Below are positions 9,678 through 18,613 of a stretch of 61,766 nucleotides of DNA, one piece after another. Location: positions 1 to 61,766 of the IMG/VR virus record IMGVR_UViG_3300027756_001348; one strand, written 5' to 3'. Position 1 is the stretch's first letter; each line of letters opens with the position of its first letter. The notes beneath the pieces were generated by a model. The model was given only the letters and a program-made list of their open reading frames with translations. It had not been told where the DNA came from and made no database searches. The position numbers and the translations under genes are program-made. Origin of the DNA: a virus (taxonomy: Duplodnaviria > Caudoviricetes).

Positions 9678-9990
9678 TGTAGGCGATGATACGTTTGTAA
9701 TAAACAATGCGGACCAGGGGGCAGTACCCTGCACCTCCACCAAATTCACTCGCATAAAACACAATTTTTTGATTGTGTTTTGCGGGGGTGAAATAGAATC
9801 GACGATTGTGTAAAAAAACGAGGAGTCTTCCAGTGAGGCACCCTGTCAAGGTCCAAACTTACAAATGCTAACAAGCGTTTCGTATCAGAAGTAAAAATTC
9901 CTTCTAACTTTGTTGTTGGAAGAGAATTATTGGCAGCCTAATAATCTGCTACTTCGGAGCGTGATCACACTTGGCAACAGAACGTGATCA
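9678..9990 (+). ncRNA. ssrA: Circularly permuted two-piece tmRNA (alphaproteobacterial type): acceptor piece ending CCA 9742, intervening hairpin 9751-9784, coding piece from 9784
   Basis: T-arm CAGGG-GGCAGTA-CCCTG followed by CACCTCC-A-CCA precedes GGGGGTG-AAATAGAATCGAC; the 7-bp acceptor stem has G3:U70; tag ORF 9867-9941 ANKRFVSEVKIPSNFVVGRELLAA followed by TAA TAA; outer ends approximate. Confidence 0.93.
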
Positions 9991-10015
9991 GTGGTGGGAG
10001 GCAACTCCCACCATT
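9990..10015 (+). terminator. GCAA-tetraloop hairpin at the tmRNA 3' end
   Basis: TGGTGGGAG-GCAA-CTCCCACCA. Confidence 0.65.
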
Positions 10016-10048
10016 AAAAACACCGCACAAACATTGAATTATATGGCG

Positions 10049-10077
10049 TTGACAACCAAAGTAAATTACACTATAAT
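10049..10077 (+). promoter_or_regulatory. Sigma70-type promoter, leaderless transcript
   Basis: TTGACA-N17-TATAAT, ATG 7 nt downstream. Confidence 0.85.
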
Positions 10078-10084
10078 ATAGAGT

Positions 10085-10768
10085 ATGACTTTACAGATAC
10101 GTGCCAAAATTTGGGCACTGAAAACGTGGCGATTTTGCAAAGTGTACAAAAAACAATTGAGCATTGCAGGTTTGATGCTGGCAAGTTTTTACGTGGGCAC
10201 TTACTATCCCAATAACACTGTGCAGAAACAAATCACCACAGGTCCTGTGGAGCAGTTGAGAAAAACTGCCAAGAGTTTGGGATTGGCCGAACCCATCATG
10301 AGTTATCACAATCAAACTACTTTTATTAATGCAGTGAGCAAATGCATAGACTATGTGGAATTCGGTTTGCCCCGAGATCAGCACATACCCAAATCCATCA
10401 TAATTGCCATGGCCATGATGGAATCAGACAATGGCAGCAGTAGGTTTGCATTGGAAGGCAACAATCTATTTGGAATAAGAACTTGGAATCCAGCAGAACC
10501 ACAAATGAAAGCATACTATCAATTGAATGCCAAGTGGGGATTAAAAAAATACAGAACCAAATGTGCGTCGGTGCAGGACATGGTAAACATCTTGAACACC
10601 AAAGATGTACACCGAGAATTTAGATATGAAAGAAATCGTCAGATGAGTAAAAAAAATCCTAACATCAACAAAATAGTGGATAGTTTGGACAAATGGGCCA
10701 CCAACCCCAACTATCGCGAAGGCATCAAACAGATCATTGAAGATAATTTAAAAGAACTTAAAGATTAG
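10085..10768 (+). CDS. GH73/Bax-like glucosaminidase (peptidoglycan hydrolase) with N-terminal membrane anchor
   Basis: A..ES..G.SRFA.EGNNLFGI and WAT.P.Y motifs; hydrophobic segment at residues ~25-42. Confidence 0.8.
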   Translation: MTLQIRAKIWALKTWRFCKVYKKQLSIAGLMLASFYVGTYYPNNTVQKQITTGPVEQLRKTAKSLGLAEPIMSYHNQTTFINAVSKCIDYVEFGLPRDQHIPKSIIIAMAMMESDNGSSRFALEGNNLFGIRTWNPAEPQMKAYYQLNAKWGLKKYRTKCASVQDMVNILNTKDVHREFRYERNRQMSKKNPNINKIVDSLDKWATNPNYREGIKQIIEDNLKELKD

Positions 10769-10770
10769 AA

Positions 10771-10792
10771 TGTGCCAGTGATATCTGGCACA
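10771..10792. terminator. Hairpin between convergent genes
   Basis: TGTGCCAG-tgatat-CTGGCACA. Confidence 0.5.
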
Positions 10793-10829
10793 CCATTTTG
10801 CTCTCGTTGCCTTAAACCAAATGTAATTA

Positions 10830-10925
10830 TTATTTTTTAAATTTGGCTATGATAGAATTGATTTGATCTTTGCCAAAGTAGCCCAGAGCAATACCAACTG
10901 CTAATGTGATAATTATTGTGATCAT
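10830..10925 (-). CDS. 31-aa single-pass membrane microprotein (absent from ORF track)
   Basis: MITIIITLAVGIALGYFGKDQINSIIAKFKK; GGAGA SD; TAAATA motif upstream on the - strand. Confidence 0.65.
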   Translation of the reverse strand: MITIIITLAVGIALGYFGKDQINSIIAKFKK

Positions 10926-10971
10926 AATTGTCTCCATTGTTTTGTATAAGTATTTAGCCACCTATCTGCAC

Positions 10972-11000
10972 TTGACTGTGTGATTAACATGTACTATAAT
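10972..11000 (+). promoter_or_regulatory. Sigma70-type promoter, leaderless transcript
   Basis: TTGACT-N17-TATAAT, ATG 6 nt downstream. Confidence 0.85.
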
Positions 11001-11006
11001 ACTAGT

Positions 11007-11360
11007 ATGGGATTTATTATGACCAGAGTGAACAAAACTATCAAACATAGATTAGCAAAAACAAAAAGATTGGCTCGTGCAAAAGCAGAACATCATGCTT
11101 GGTTGAAGTCACAGAATCTTACTCCGGCAGAGCTGAAGAAGAGAAGCAAGGGTTCTCCTGTGCCTTTTCCAGAATACAAGACCAAGGGTGATATGCCCAA
11201 GACATCGGACAAAATGGTCAAGTTCAGCGGCCGTGCTGAACCACAGCACTATTCAGGTGAGCGTAAACTATTGGGTATTGGCATGCTACACAAGAGCAAC
11301 CTCGTGCCGGTGTTTGATCAGCAGGATGCCATAGACATCTCCAAAATGAGAAGAAATTAA
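11007..11360 (+). CDS. Basic phage hypothetical protein
   Basis: Start reassigned to ATG 11007; C-terminal YSGERKLLGIGMLHKSNLVPVF. Confidence 0.7.
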   Translation: MGFIMTRVNKTIKHRLAKTKRLARAKAEHHAWLKSQNLTPAELKKRSKGSPVPFPEYKTKGDMPKTSDKMVKFSGRAEPQHYSGERKLLGIGMLHKSNLVPVFDQQDAIDISKMRRN

Positions 11361-11362
11361 AT

Positions 11363-11614
11363 TTAGATACTTGGATTGAGCTGTTCTAAGAATTCTTGTT
11401 CTTGTTTCAATAGATCTTTGTTTATGTCTATTATTTCTTTTTCATCAAAACAATAGGTGCTGCCAGAACTGTCAGGAAAATTTTCTCTTATTTTTTCCAC
11501 CAAAGTTTCAGAATATTTACTACACTCTTCTCTGGATGTGAATTCAGGTTCTGTGGTAAGATAATTCTCACATTCTCCCCACATACAAATAACCACCACT
11601 AAGAAAAATTTCAT
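11363..11614 (-). CDS. Small exported Cys-containing hypothetical protein
   Basis: MKFFLVVVIC hydrophobic start; TTAAGTA late-like motif 5 nt upstream. Confidence 0.6.
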   Translation of the reverse strand: MKFFLVVVICMWGECENYLTTEPEFTSREECSKYSETLVEKIRENFPDSSGSTYCFDEKEIIDINKDLLKQEQEFLEQLNPSI

Positions 11615-11682
11615 AAAAATACTTAACCTTTCACCATTCACAGTTTTATAGATGTTTAATTATTGTTGCAGAGCTGTGTTGC

Positions 11683-12099
11683 TTACAGCGCAGGCTCGTC
11701 CATTCGTGCTGGTCGAGCGTTTGATGTTGGTGCAGTGACTGGTCTATTTTGCATCACAGGCATGCTAGGTCCTGCATTTACTCCTGCAATTTTTTCTTGT
11801 GTTCTTCCAAATGCAGTCAGTCCCAATACAGCACCCATGGCCACATGGTATAAACCTGCACCTTGCAGAGTCAGTGGCATCCATTGACTGGTCACTGTGC
11901 CGCCGCTATATGCCTGCAGTATGGACCATAAAATAGGAGCAATCACAAAGTCAAAAGTGCAAGTGGCCATATACACCCAACCCATCATAGGACGCCATTT
12001 TTTACTCATCCAATCTTCTTTGGAGATAGCACTAGATGTGCCCATTTGAAAATCTTGTCCAGATGCTTCTGTTTTATTAATAAATGTGTGTCCGCTCAT
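11683..12099 (-). CDS. Holin-like membrane protein (3TM, GTA-holin type)
   Basis: W...WRP..GW.Y...C.FDF...P and LG...FGRT.EK motifs; start assigned to ATG 12099. Confidence 0.7.
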   Translation of the reverse strand: MSGHTFINKTEASGQDFQMGTSSAISKEDWMSKKWRPMMGWVYMATCTFDFVIAPILWSILQAYSGGTVTSQWMPLTLQGAGLYHVAMGAVLGLTAFGRTQEKIAGVNAGPSMPVMQNRPVTAPTSNARPARMDEPAL

Positions 12100-12152
12100 G
12101 GTTGAACCTTTGTTATGTACCAATATATTTATCCTGGATGAATATGATTAAA

Positions 12153-12446
12153 CTACCACTTATTGGATTTTTTCTTGAGGTATTTTTCTATCACAGATTT
12201 GCAGGCATCGTGCCAGTACACACCGCTGTCACGCAACCGTTCGTTGGCTTTGCGTAATTTTTCCAATTTCACAGTCAATGTTTTGTTCTGTGCTGTGGTG
12301 AGTCGTTTGGTGGTGTTGCTGAGGGCATCCAATCGCTGAATCACATCATCTATGGCAGGGCAGGTGATGTCAGGCACTTTGGGTGCTTTGCGTCGCACTG
12401 ATTTCCACACTGATTCATGCTTGGGTATTCTTTTTTTTCTTGCCAT
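12153..12446 (-). CDS. Basic hypothetical protein
   Basis: 97-aa ORF; TTAAATA upstream. Confidence 0.65.
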   Translation of the reverse strand: MARKKRIPKHESVWKSVRRKAPKVPDITCPAIDDVIQRLDALSNTTKRLTTAQNKTLTVKLEKLRKANERLRDSGVYWHDACKSVIEKYLKKKSNKW

Positions 12447-12572
12447 CTGTATTATTATTTAAATTGGCGTTCACACACATAAAGTGTTGCTATTGCTAAC
12501 CAAAAATATTATTTTGATAAGATACAATCAAAAAAGTCAATATGTGTGCGGTTAATGTTTTGGCATTAGTGA

Positions 12573-12601
12573 TTGACATTGCATGAGTATTCACATATAA
12601 T
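12573..12601 (+). promoter_or_regulatory. Sigma70-type promoter
   Basis: TTGACA-N17-TATAAT; ATG 12608 6 nt downstream; a second in-frame ATG 12644 has an AGGAGG SD. Confidence 0.85.
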
Positions 12602-12643
12602 GAACACATGAGCAAAAATGCTACAACACAACAAGGAGGCAAT

Positions 12644-13240
12644 ATGATAGGCTCGAGAATAGCAATGGTAATATTGTTGGCTGGTTTACTGGGTGCCTGT
12701 GCAAACAGGATGGTAAAACTACCAACCGAAACTACTGACGCTAAAGAAGTACCCGCTTGGTACTTGCAACACGCAGACACTGGAACCCAAGGATGGTTTT
12801 GGAACAAAGAAGGTATGTTCTATGCAGTGGGATCCGATGTGTCACCAGACATGGAAATGTCACACAAGAAGGCTTTGATCAAAGCCAAAGCCAAGATAGT
12901 AGACAGAGTGGTGGGAGAAGTCAACAACAAAACCACTTACAAATTGGATGAAACAGGCAATGCAGAAAGAACTATAGGCAGAGTGGAAGCTCAAGATCTC
13001 ATAGTGAACATCATTGCTGATACATCTTTAAGAACCTATGCTGTGGAAAAGAAATTAACAGTATTCAATCCTGAAATCAACAATTACAGGAGTTTTATAT
13101 TGATTAAGATCACCAAAGCAGACGTGGATGCTATCTTAAAAAAATATGAGCAGGACAAACAGAACAAATTATTTTCAGGTCAAAACAGATCAAGTAATTT
13201 GGAAAAGTCCAGCGACAAGTTATTAAACAAAACGAACTAG
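12644..13240 (+). CDS. Lipoprotein (LPP20-like)
   Basis: Lipobox LLGAC; VPAWY motif; alternative start at 12608. Confidence 0.65.
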   Translation: MIGSRIAMVILLAGLLGACANRMVKLPTETTDAKEVPAWYLQHADTGTQGWFWNKEGMFYAVGSDVSPDMEMSHKKALIKAKAKIVDRVVGEVNNKTTYKLDETGNAERTIGRVEAQDLIVNIIADTSLRTYAVEKKLTVFNPEINNYRSFILIKITKADVDAILKKYEQDKQNKLFSGQNRSSNLEKSSDKLLNKTN

Positions 13241-13241
13241 T

Positions 13242-13583
13242 ATGATCCGTTTTGAGTACCTACTTGCAGCCACAGCCTTATTCTTAGGGCTAACGTGGGC
13301 TACATTGGCCACAGCAGGTGGACCCTGGAGCAATCAATACTGTAATCTAAAAACAGAAACAGTGATTGTGAAGGATACACAAGGCAACATTATCAAAGAA
13401 GATAGTGTGGAAAAACTGGTGTGTGATGATGGTCGCAAGGACTTCTTGCAATTCAGCGGTATCGCTAAAAGTTGCAGAGAATTCTGGTATGAAATAAATC
13501 TAAACGGGGCTTGGGTCAACAAAAGAGGTTATGTGTGTCAAAAATTCGATGGTAGCTGGGAAATCGTTAATACTGGCAATTAG
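13242..13583 (+). CDS. Secreted protein with 4 Cys
   Basis: Signal peptide ending ATA-G. Confidence 0.6.
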   Translation: MIRFEYLLAATALFLGLTWATLATAGGPWSNQYCNLKTETVIVKDTQGNIIKEDSVEKLVCDDGRKDFLQFSGIAKSCREFWYEINLNGAWVNKRGYVCQKFDGSWEIVNTGN

Positions 13584-13983
13584 CCTATTGCTGTTGAATC
13601 AGTGTGCTTCACACACTGTGGCAGTGGACAGTCAAAGTACCTACAAGAGTGTGGAGACTGCGTACAGCTCTAACATGAGCAGTGCCAACTATCTGGCTAA
13701 CTTTTTCAAATACAAATTTTACATGTTGGATGATGAGGACAAAGAACGTCAAAAAACTGCCATATATTATGCTCTCAACAATCTAGATCATGATGTGGTG
13801 ACCAGTTGGTACAACAACAAAACAGAAGCTCAAGGACACGTGAGAATAGTGAGCAGTTATCCTCGTGGATCAGGCTATTGTAGAGTAATTTTTAGTCAAC
13901 TAATAAACAAGGGCAGAGAACGCAGTTTCAGTGAGACTGCCTGTGTAGATGCCAGCCATCCTGGATGGCGTTTTAACAAATAA
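13531..13983 (+). CDS. Lipoprotein with a 17-kDa surface antigen-like C-terminal domain
   Basis: Lipobox-like LLNQC; AL......SW.N....G...YCR...AC.....W pattern. Confidence 0.55.
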   Translation: MCVKNSMVAGKSLILAISLLLLNQCASHTVAVDSQSTYKSVETAYSSNMSSANYLANFFKYKFYMLDDEDKERQKTAIYYALNNLDHDVVTSWYNNKTEAQGHVRIVSSYPRGSGYCRVIFSQLINKGRERSFSETACVDASHPGWRFNK

Positions 13984-14015
13984 ATCTGATAAATATATTC
14001 TAACAAGGATATAAA

Positions 14016-15566
14016 ATGTTATTGGGCATAGTCACATTATTGACAGCATTCGCATTGAGTTCAGCCGCAATTTATTTTTCGGTCATAGGACTTGTGGCCA
14101 TATTTTCAGGTGCTGCAGTGCCCATCATATTCATGGGAGTCACATTGGAAATTGCCAAACTGGTCACGGCCAGTTGGCTGTATAGAAATTGGTACCTAGC
14201 AGAAAGATACATGAAATACTACATGAGTATTGCTATATTCATACTCATGGTGATCACCAGCATGGGCATATTTGGATTTCTATCCAAATCGCATCTACAA
14301 CAGGGAGCCACCTCCAGCAACAACACACAACAGATTCAAATCATCAACAGTCAGATCAAATCTGAACAGGATGTGATAGAACGTCAACAAGAGATCATCA
14401 AACGTAATTCAGGAGCAGGCGGTGGAGCAGGAGAGAGAATAGCCCAACTGCGAGAAAGAATCAAACAATTGGACCGAGAAGTGGAGGCCTACACGTCACA
14501 AGGAGCCACCAGCACCATATTCAATGACAAAGTGGCCAAAGGCATAGAGTTAAAAAAACAACAGCAGTCTGAACGCGACGGCATTGACAGAGAGATCAAA
14601 CAGTTGACCACTGCCAACCAAGGCAACAACAGTGCAGCAGAATCGCAGATTGCCCGTAGCCAACAGAGAATACAGCAGTTGATCAATCAAAGAGCTCCGC
14701 TGCAAACCACACAGATCACATTGGATGCTGAAATTGGTCCTATCAAATACATCGGTGAATTGTTTGTGGATCTTGGCATGGTGGACAAAGTCAACACCGA
14801 CATGGCAGTGCGTTGGGTCATCGTGTTGATTATTATTGTGTTTGATCCACTAGCAGTGTTGTTGTTGATTGCAGGACAGCAAAGCATTACACAAGCCAGA
14901 GGCAACACAGGTGGCGGAAAAACTCCTCCCACAGCACCCATCATAGATCCAACTCCACTCTTAAAAAAAATCAGCGAAAGATTTAAGGAATTTCCTTTCA
15001 AAAAAAAAGACCCTAGTGTGAATAAACTGAGCACATTAGTGCCAGTGTTGCCCAAAGCACAAACTGTTTCTACTGGACTTAAACTCAGTGCTTTAATGCC
15101 ACCTAAACCTATGGCACTGCCACCAATCAAGGAATTGGATGGAATTGATGAATCAACACCAGCAGTGATAGACACTGAAGACGGTGATGTGCTGGAGATC
15201 AACACTGATGATTTAAAAAGTAGACTGCAGTATTTTCATGCACAAAAACAAAAAGTGAAAGAATGGAAAAGTCAACAAACCAATCCTCGCAACACTATAA
15301 AAAGATTAAGATTTAACTATGTGTCAGGTATGCTGGACAAACTGCCTTGGGAAACACAAGACACAGTGACTCCACCCATGCCTGTAGATCAATGGAATCA
15401 AATGTTAGAGGAAGCAGAAAAAGCATTGGAACAAGACAAGGAAAAGAAGAGTCAATCCTACATCATCAAAGAAGATCAGCAACAAGTTAGAAAAACGGTA
15501 GAAGAAGATTACGTGCAGAATGAAGAACAGTCGGACAAGTCAATCTGGAATCGCATCCAAAAATAA
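14016..15566 (+). CDS. Multi-pass membrane protein with long coiled coil
   Basis: 3 N-terminal TM segments, Q-rich coiled coil, GPIKY, further TM with FDPLA. Confidence 0.7.
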   Translation: MLLGIVTLLTAFALSSAAIYFSVIGLVAIFSGAAVPIIFMGVTLEIAKLVTASWLYRNWYLAERYMKYYMSIAIFILMVITSMGIFGFLSKSHLQQGATSSNNTQQIQIINSQIKSEQDVIERQQEIIKRNSGAGGGAGERIAQLRERIKQLDREVEAYTSQGATSTIFNDKVAKGIELKKQQQSERDGIDREIKQLTTANQGNNSAAESQIARSQQRIQQLINQRAPLQTTQITLDAEIGPIKYIGELFVDLGMVDKVNTDMAVRWVIVLIIIVFDPLAVLLLIAGQQSITQARGNTGGGKTPPTAPIIDPTPLLKKISERFKEFPFKKKDPSVNKLSTLVPVLPKAQTVSTGLKLSALMPPKPMALPPIKELDGIDESTPAVIDTEDGDVLEINTDDLKSRLQYFHAQKQKVKEWKSQQTNPRNTIKRLRFNYVSGMLDKLPWETQDTVTPPMPVDQWNQMLEEAEKALEQDKEKKSQSYIIKEDQQQVRKTVEEDYVQNEEQSDKSIWNRIQK

Positions 15567-15583
15567 ATCAATAACTACTATAG

Positions 15584-15958
15584 ATGAGCAGAATACATTT
15601 GATCACGCCACCCGATAGGCTGCACAACACCAATATGAGTGTGCTATTGATTATGCCCAGTGATGTTGTGAAAGCAGACTTCAATCAAGCAGTGTTGAAT
15701 CTCAACAAAGAAATCAATCTATATCTGTATGAGAACACTAAAGAACATCAGGATTGGTTAATCACTGTCAGCAACACTGTGGATCATATAGTGCTGGACA
15801 TCAGTCAAACTGGCACAGATTTTTGGTTATTAGGTTACCTATTAAGCATGCCTCACACATCATATCTAAGTGTAAAAGATCCTTCTCCTTATCATCTACT
15901 GAATGCCAACAGGATTTATGATTTTAAAACATTAGTGGAAAAAATTAACAAGGAATAA
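15584..15958 (+). CDS. Hypothetical protein
   Basis: LITPPD N-terminus; tight gene packing. Confidence 0.65.
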   Translation: MSRIHLITPPDRLHNTNMSVLLIMPSDVVKADFNQAVLNLNKEINLYLYENTKEHQDWLITVSNTVDHIVLDISQTGTDFWLLGYLLSMPHTSYLSVKDPSPYHLLNANRIYDFKTLVEKINKE

Positions 15959-15961
15959 ATT

Positions 15962-16555
15962 ATGGCCATGCGAGCTGATCTTTGGTTTCCGCAGATTGTT
16001 TGGAAAGACACATTGACCAGTCTGGACAATGCAGCCATTAAAACACACGTGTTGGAAACCAAGAATACCAGTAAAGGCAAGACTGCTACCAATCAGTTGG
16101 GTTGGCAGAGTGAAGACTACATGTTGGACTCAAGCAGACCCATACAGGTGGATCATATGATACGTATTCTAAACACTCACGTGCAAGACTGTGCTCGTCA
16201 AGGCAGTCTACCACCAATAAGAATTTGTAATTTTTGGTTCAATGTGAATCCCAAAGGATCCTACAACACCCTACACAATCATCAACACAGTATTTTGAGC
16301 GGTGTGTATTACATAGACATTCCCACAGACAACATGGGCAGTATTGAGTTTCATAGAAGTGATGAGGCATTGTATTATCTACCAGACAATTTGGACAAGT
16401 ACACTCAATTCACCAGTCACAAAGCCACCTATCATCCTGTGACAGGCATGCTGTTGATATTCCCCAGCTGGCTCAAACATTTTGTACACAGCAATCAATC
16501 TGAGCAGATGCGTATATCCATGAGCTTCAATACAGAATTGGACATTAAAATCTAA
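15962..16555 (+). CDS. 2OG-Fe(II) oxygenase (TIGR02466-like)
   Basis: W.N...G.YN..HxH...LSGVYY, L.IFPSWL.H.V, R.S.SFN. Confidence 0.85.
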   Translation: MAMRADLWFPQIVWKDTLTSLDNAAIKTHVLETKNTSKGKTATNQLGWQSEDYMLDSSRPIQVDHMIRILNTHVQDCARQGSLPPIRICNFWFNVNPKGSYNTLHNHQHSILSGVYYIDIPTDNMGSIEFHRSDEALYYLPDNLDKYTQFTSHKATYHPVTGMLLIFPSWLKHFVHSNQSEQMRISMSFNTELDIKI

Positions 16556-16634
16556 TTGCAAATATCTCTTGACTTTTGCCATAATAATCATTATATTAGT
16601 ATAGTCATAATACGCTCTAATAAATATAAAATAT

Positions 16635-16937
16635 ATGAGTAAAACCAAAACAGATATAATAATTGACGAAAAAGTTCAGCAGATAGTGTTGGAACCAGAA
16701 CCAGTCAAAGTAATCATGCTGAATGATGACATCACACCAGTAGACTTCGTGGTGGAGTTATTAATAAAAATATTCAAACACTCAGAAGAATCAGCTAAGG
16801 AGATCACACTTAAAATTCACACAGAAGGTAGCAGTGTGGTGGGAGCATACAGTTTTGAAGTGGCAGAGCAAAAAACCAAAGAAGCCATAGAAGAATCCAG
16901 AAGCAGAGGATTTCCTCTACAAGTAAGAATGGAATAA
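16635..16937 (+). CDS. clpS: N-end rule adaptor ClpS
   Basis: V.MLNDDITPVDFV..LL..IF, IH.EG...VG.Y..E.AE.K, FPL. Confidence 0.93.
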   Translation: MSKTKTDIIIDEKVQQIVLEPEPVKVIMLNDDITPVDFVVELLIKIFKHSEESAKEITLKIHTEGSSVVGAYSFEVAEQKTKEAIEESRSRGFPLQVRME

Positions 16938-16939
16938 CA

Positions 16940-17470
16940 ATGAGCCTCAAAGATCTCACTTGGGAGCATCACAAAAATGCAGAGCGTCAGAAGTTTGTAA
17001 AAGTGATGTTTTCAGGCAGCATAGATCCCAAACTCTACGCAGAGTTCTTATTCAATCAATTCAATGCATACGATCTGTTGGAGGCAATGGCCATGGCACA
17101 TGGATTATTCAATGACATGCCTGATGTGAGAAGAGCTCCCAAGATTTATGAAGATTTTAAAGAACTATGGCAGGACGACACAGTGCCAGAAATAAAAAAC
17201 AGCACCAAAGAATATCTAGCACATCTAAAAACTATAAGTGACCATCCCACGGCATTGATGGCTCACGTGTATGTGCGACACATGGGAGATTTGTCTGGTG
17301 GACAAATGATACGTAAAAAAGTGCCAGGATTAGGCAAAATGTTTGATTTTGCAGATGGAGACAAAGCCAAAGAAATTATTAGATCCAAGATCAATGATTC
17401 AATGGCAGATGAAGCAAGAAAATGTTTTGATTTTGCCACCTCTCTATTCAAAGAGATGATCAATGATTAA
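16940..17470 (+). CDS. hemO: Heme oxygenase
   Basis: LK..T...H..AE proximal His; AH.YVRHMGDLSGGQ distal helix. Confidence 0.92.
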   Translation: MSLKDLTWEHHKNAERQKFVKVMFSGSIDPKLYAEFLFNQFNAYDLLEAMAMAHGLFNDMPDVRRAPKIYEDFKELWQDDTVPEIKNSTKEYLAHLKTISDHPTALMAHVYVRHMGDLSGGQMIRKKVPGLGKMFDFADGDKAKEIIRSKINDSMADEARKCFDFATSLFKEMIND

Positions 17471-17645
17471 AAAGAAAAAATTTAAAGATTTTCCAGGCAA
17501 TCTAATTAAGGTAAAAGTATTAGAAGATGAAATTGAATATTTTAAAACACAGATTCAAGAACATGACACAGGTCACATCTATACTACAATAGACACATTG
17601 AAAGACAGAGTGAGAGAGCTCAAAGGCCTACCAGAAGAATATTAA
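17463..17645 (+). CDS. Small hypothetical protein between hemO and the bilin reductase
   Basis: HDTGHIYTTI motif; overlaps/abuts both neighbours. Confidence 0.6.
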   Translation: MIKKKKFKDFPGNLIKVKVLEDEIEYFKTQIQEHDTGHIYTTIDTLKDRVRELKGLPEEY

Positions 17646-17646
17646 C

Positions 17647-18342
17647 ATGAGTAACATTTGGAATATCCTTATAGACAGCAAAGACAAAATCATCGCAGAG
17701 TTTGATATAAGGGGTCGAGAAATTGAAGAGCCTGGCATGAGCAGATTCAATCAACCAGAGAATGGTTGGATCAACAGAGTATGGCACACAGAACATTGTC
17801 GTCGCTGTCACATAGACGTGGTGGATGCTAGACAAAGCAAAGGTTTATGGATGATGCATGTGTGTGTGTTTCCGCATTTGCACAACAACGGTCCCATATA
17901 TGGATTTGATGTCATAGCAGGAGAGCACAAGATGACCGGCGCATTTCATGACTTTTCACGCAGTTCAGGAGGTGAACAACATCCATTGATAGAATGGTAT
18001 CATCAAGCAGTGGCTGAGTTTGTGCCCACTAAGAAAAGAAAGTTACCAGAATGGGCTTTGAACATATTTTCAGGCAGCATGATTGCTGCAGGTAATGTGC
18101 AGACTGATGAAGAAGCTCAGACCATTGTGAATCTTGCACTGAACAATTTACGAGTTTATTTTGACAGCATAGGACAATATGCTCACACTGCCAAAGAAGC
18201 AGACACCATTGAGGCACAAAACTATTATTGCCACAATCAGCAACAGAATCCACACACGCCTAGAGTGATGAAAAGTTTAGGTTTGGCCGAAGCAGATGTG
18301 GAATTATTTTGCACAGACGCACTATTTCCAAAAATAAAATAA
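17647..18342 (+). CDS. pcyX: Ferredoxin-dependent bilin reductase (PcyA/PcyX-like)
   Basis: RR.H.D, MMH.C.FP, PIYGFD.I, AFHDFS, R.LPEW...IFS, YC..Q.QNPHT.R motifs. Confidence 0.82.
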   Translation: MSNIWNILIDSKDKIIAEFDIRGREIEEPGMSRFNQPENGWINRVWHTEHCRRCHIDVVDARQSKGLWMMHVCVFPHLHNNGPIYGFDVIAGEHKMTGAFHDFSRSSGGEQHPLIEWYHQAVAEFVPTKKRKLPEWALNIFSGSMIAAGNVQTDEEAQTIVNLALNNLRVYFDSIGQYAHTAKEADTIEAQNYYCHNQQQNPHTPRVMKSLGLAEADVELFCTDALFPKIK

Positions 18343-18350
18343 TCCACAGC

Positions 18351-18379
18351 AAAAAGTCGCATAAACTGTGGCTTTTTTT
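18351..18379 (+). terminator. Rho-independent terminator
   Basis: AAAAAGTCGCA-taaac-TGTGGCTTTTTTT. Confidence 0.65.
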
Positions 18380-18392
18380 GGCCCTACACTGT

Positions 18393-18421
18393 TTGACTTG
18401 TGTGAGCAATCCTGTTATATT
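18393..18421 (+). promoter_or_regulatory. Sigma70-type promoter, leaderless transcript
   Basis: TTGACT-N17-TATATT; ATG at 18425/18428. Confidence 0.7.
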
Positions 18422-18427
18422 ATAATG

Positions 18428-18613
18428 ATGCAGACAACTTACAATCTTGTGATTATAAAAGTACAAGCCATGTACGAAAAGTCTCTGGAATTAAACCGAT
18501 TGATCAATGAAACACCTTGCACAGTGTCCGAAGAGCAGTTGAGATTTTTAATCAATGATATTCAAACATTGGCCAAAGAAATTGCCAACACTTACGATTT
18601 GATAACACAATGA
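18428..18613 (+). CDS. Hypothetical protein
   Basis: Start reassigned to follow the promoter; ATGA overlap with the next gene. Confidence 0.55.
   Translation: MQTTYNLVIIKVQAMYEKSLELNRLINETPCTVSEEQLRFLINDIQTLAKEIANTYDLITQ

Noticed and set aside
9710-9742. Apparent tRNA 3' end (T-arm plus CCA)
   Set aside because: No D or anticodon arm upstream; it pairs with GGGGGTG downstream and is the acceptor piece of the permuted tmRNA. I saw no canonical tRNA in the window by eye.
9667-9849. 60-aa minus-strand ORF (and 9122-9373 minus)
   Set aside because: Antisense shadows of the tmRNA and the Hc1-like gene
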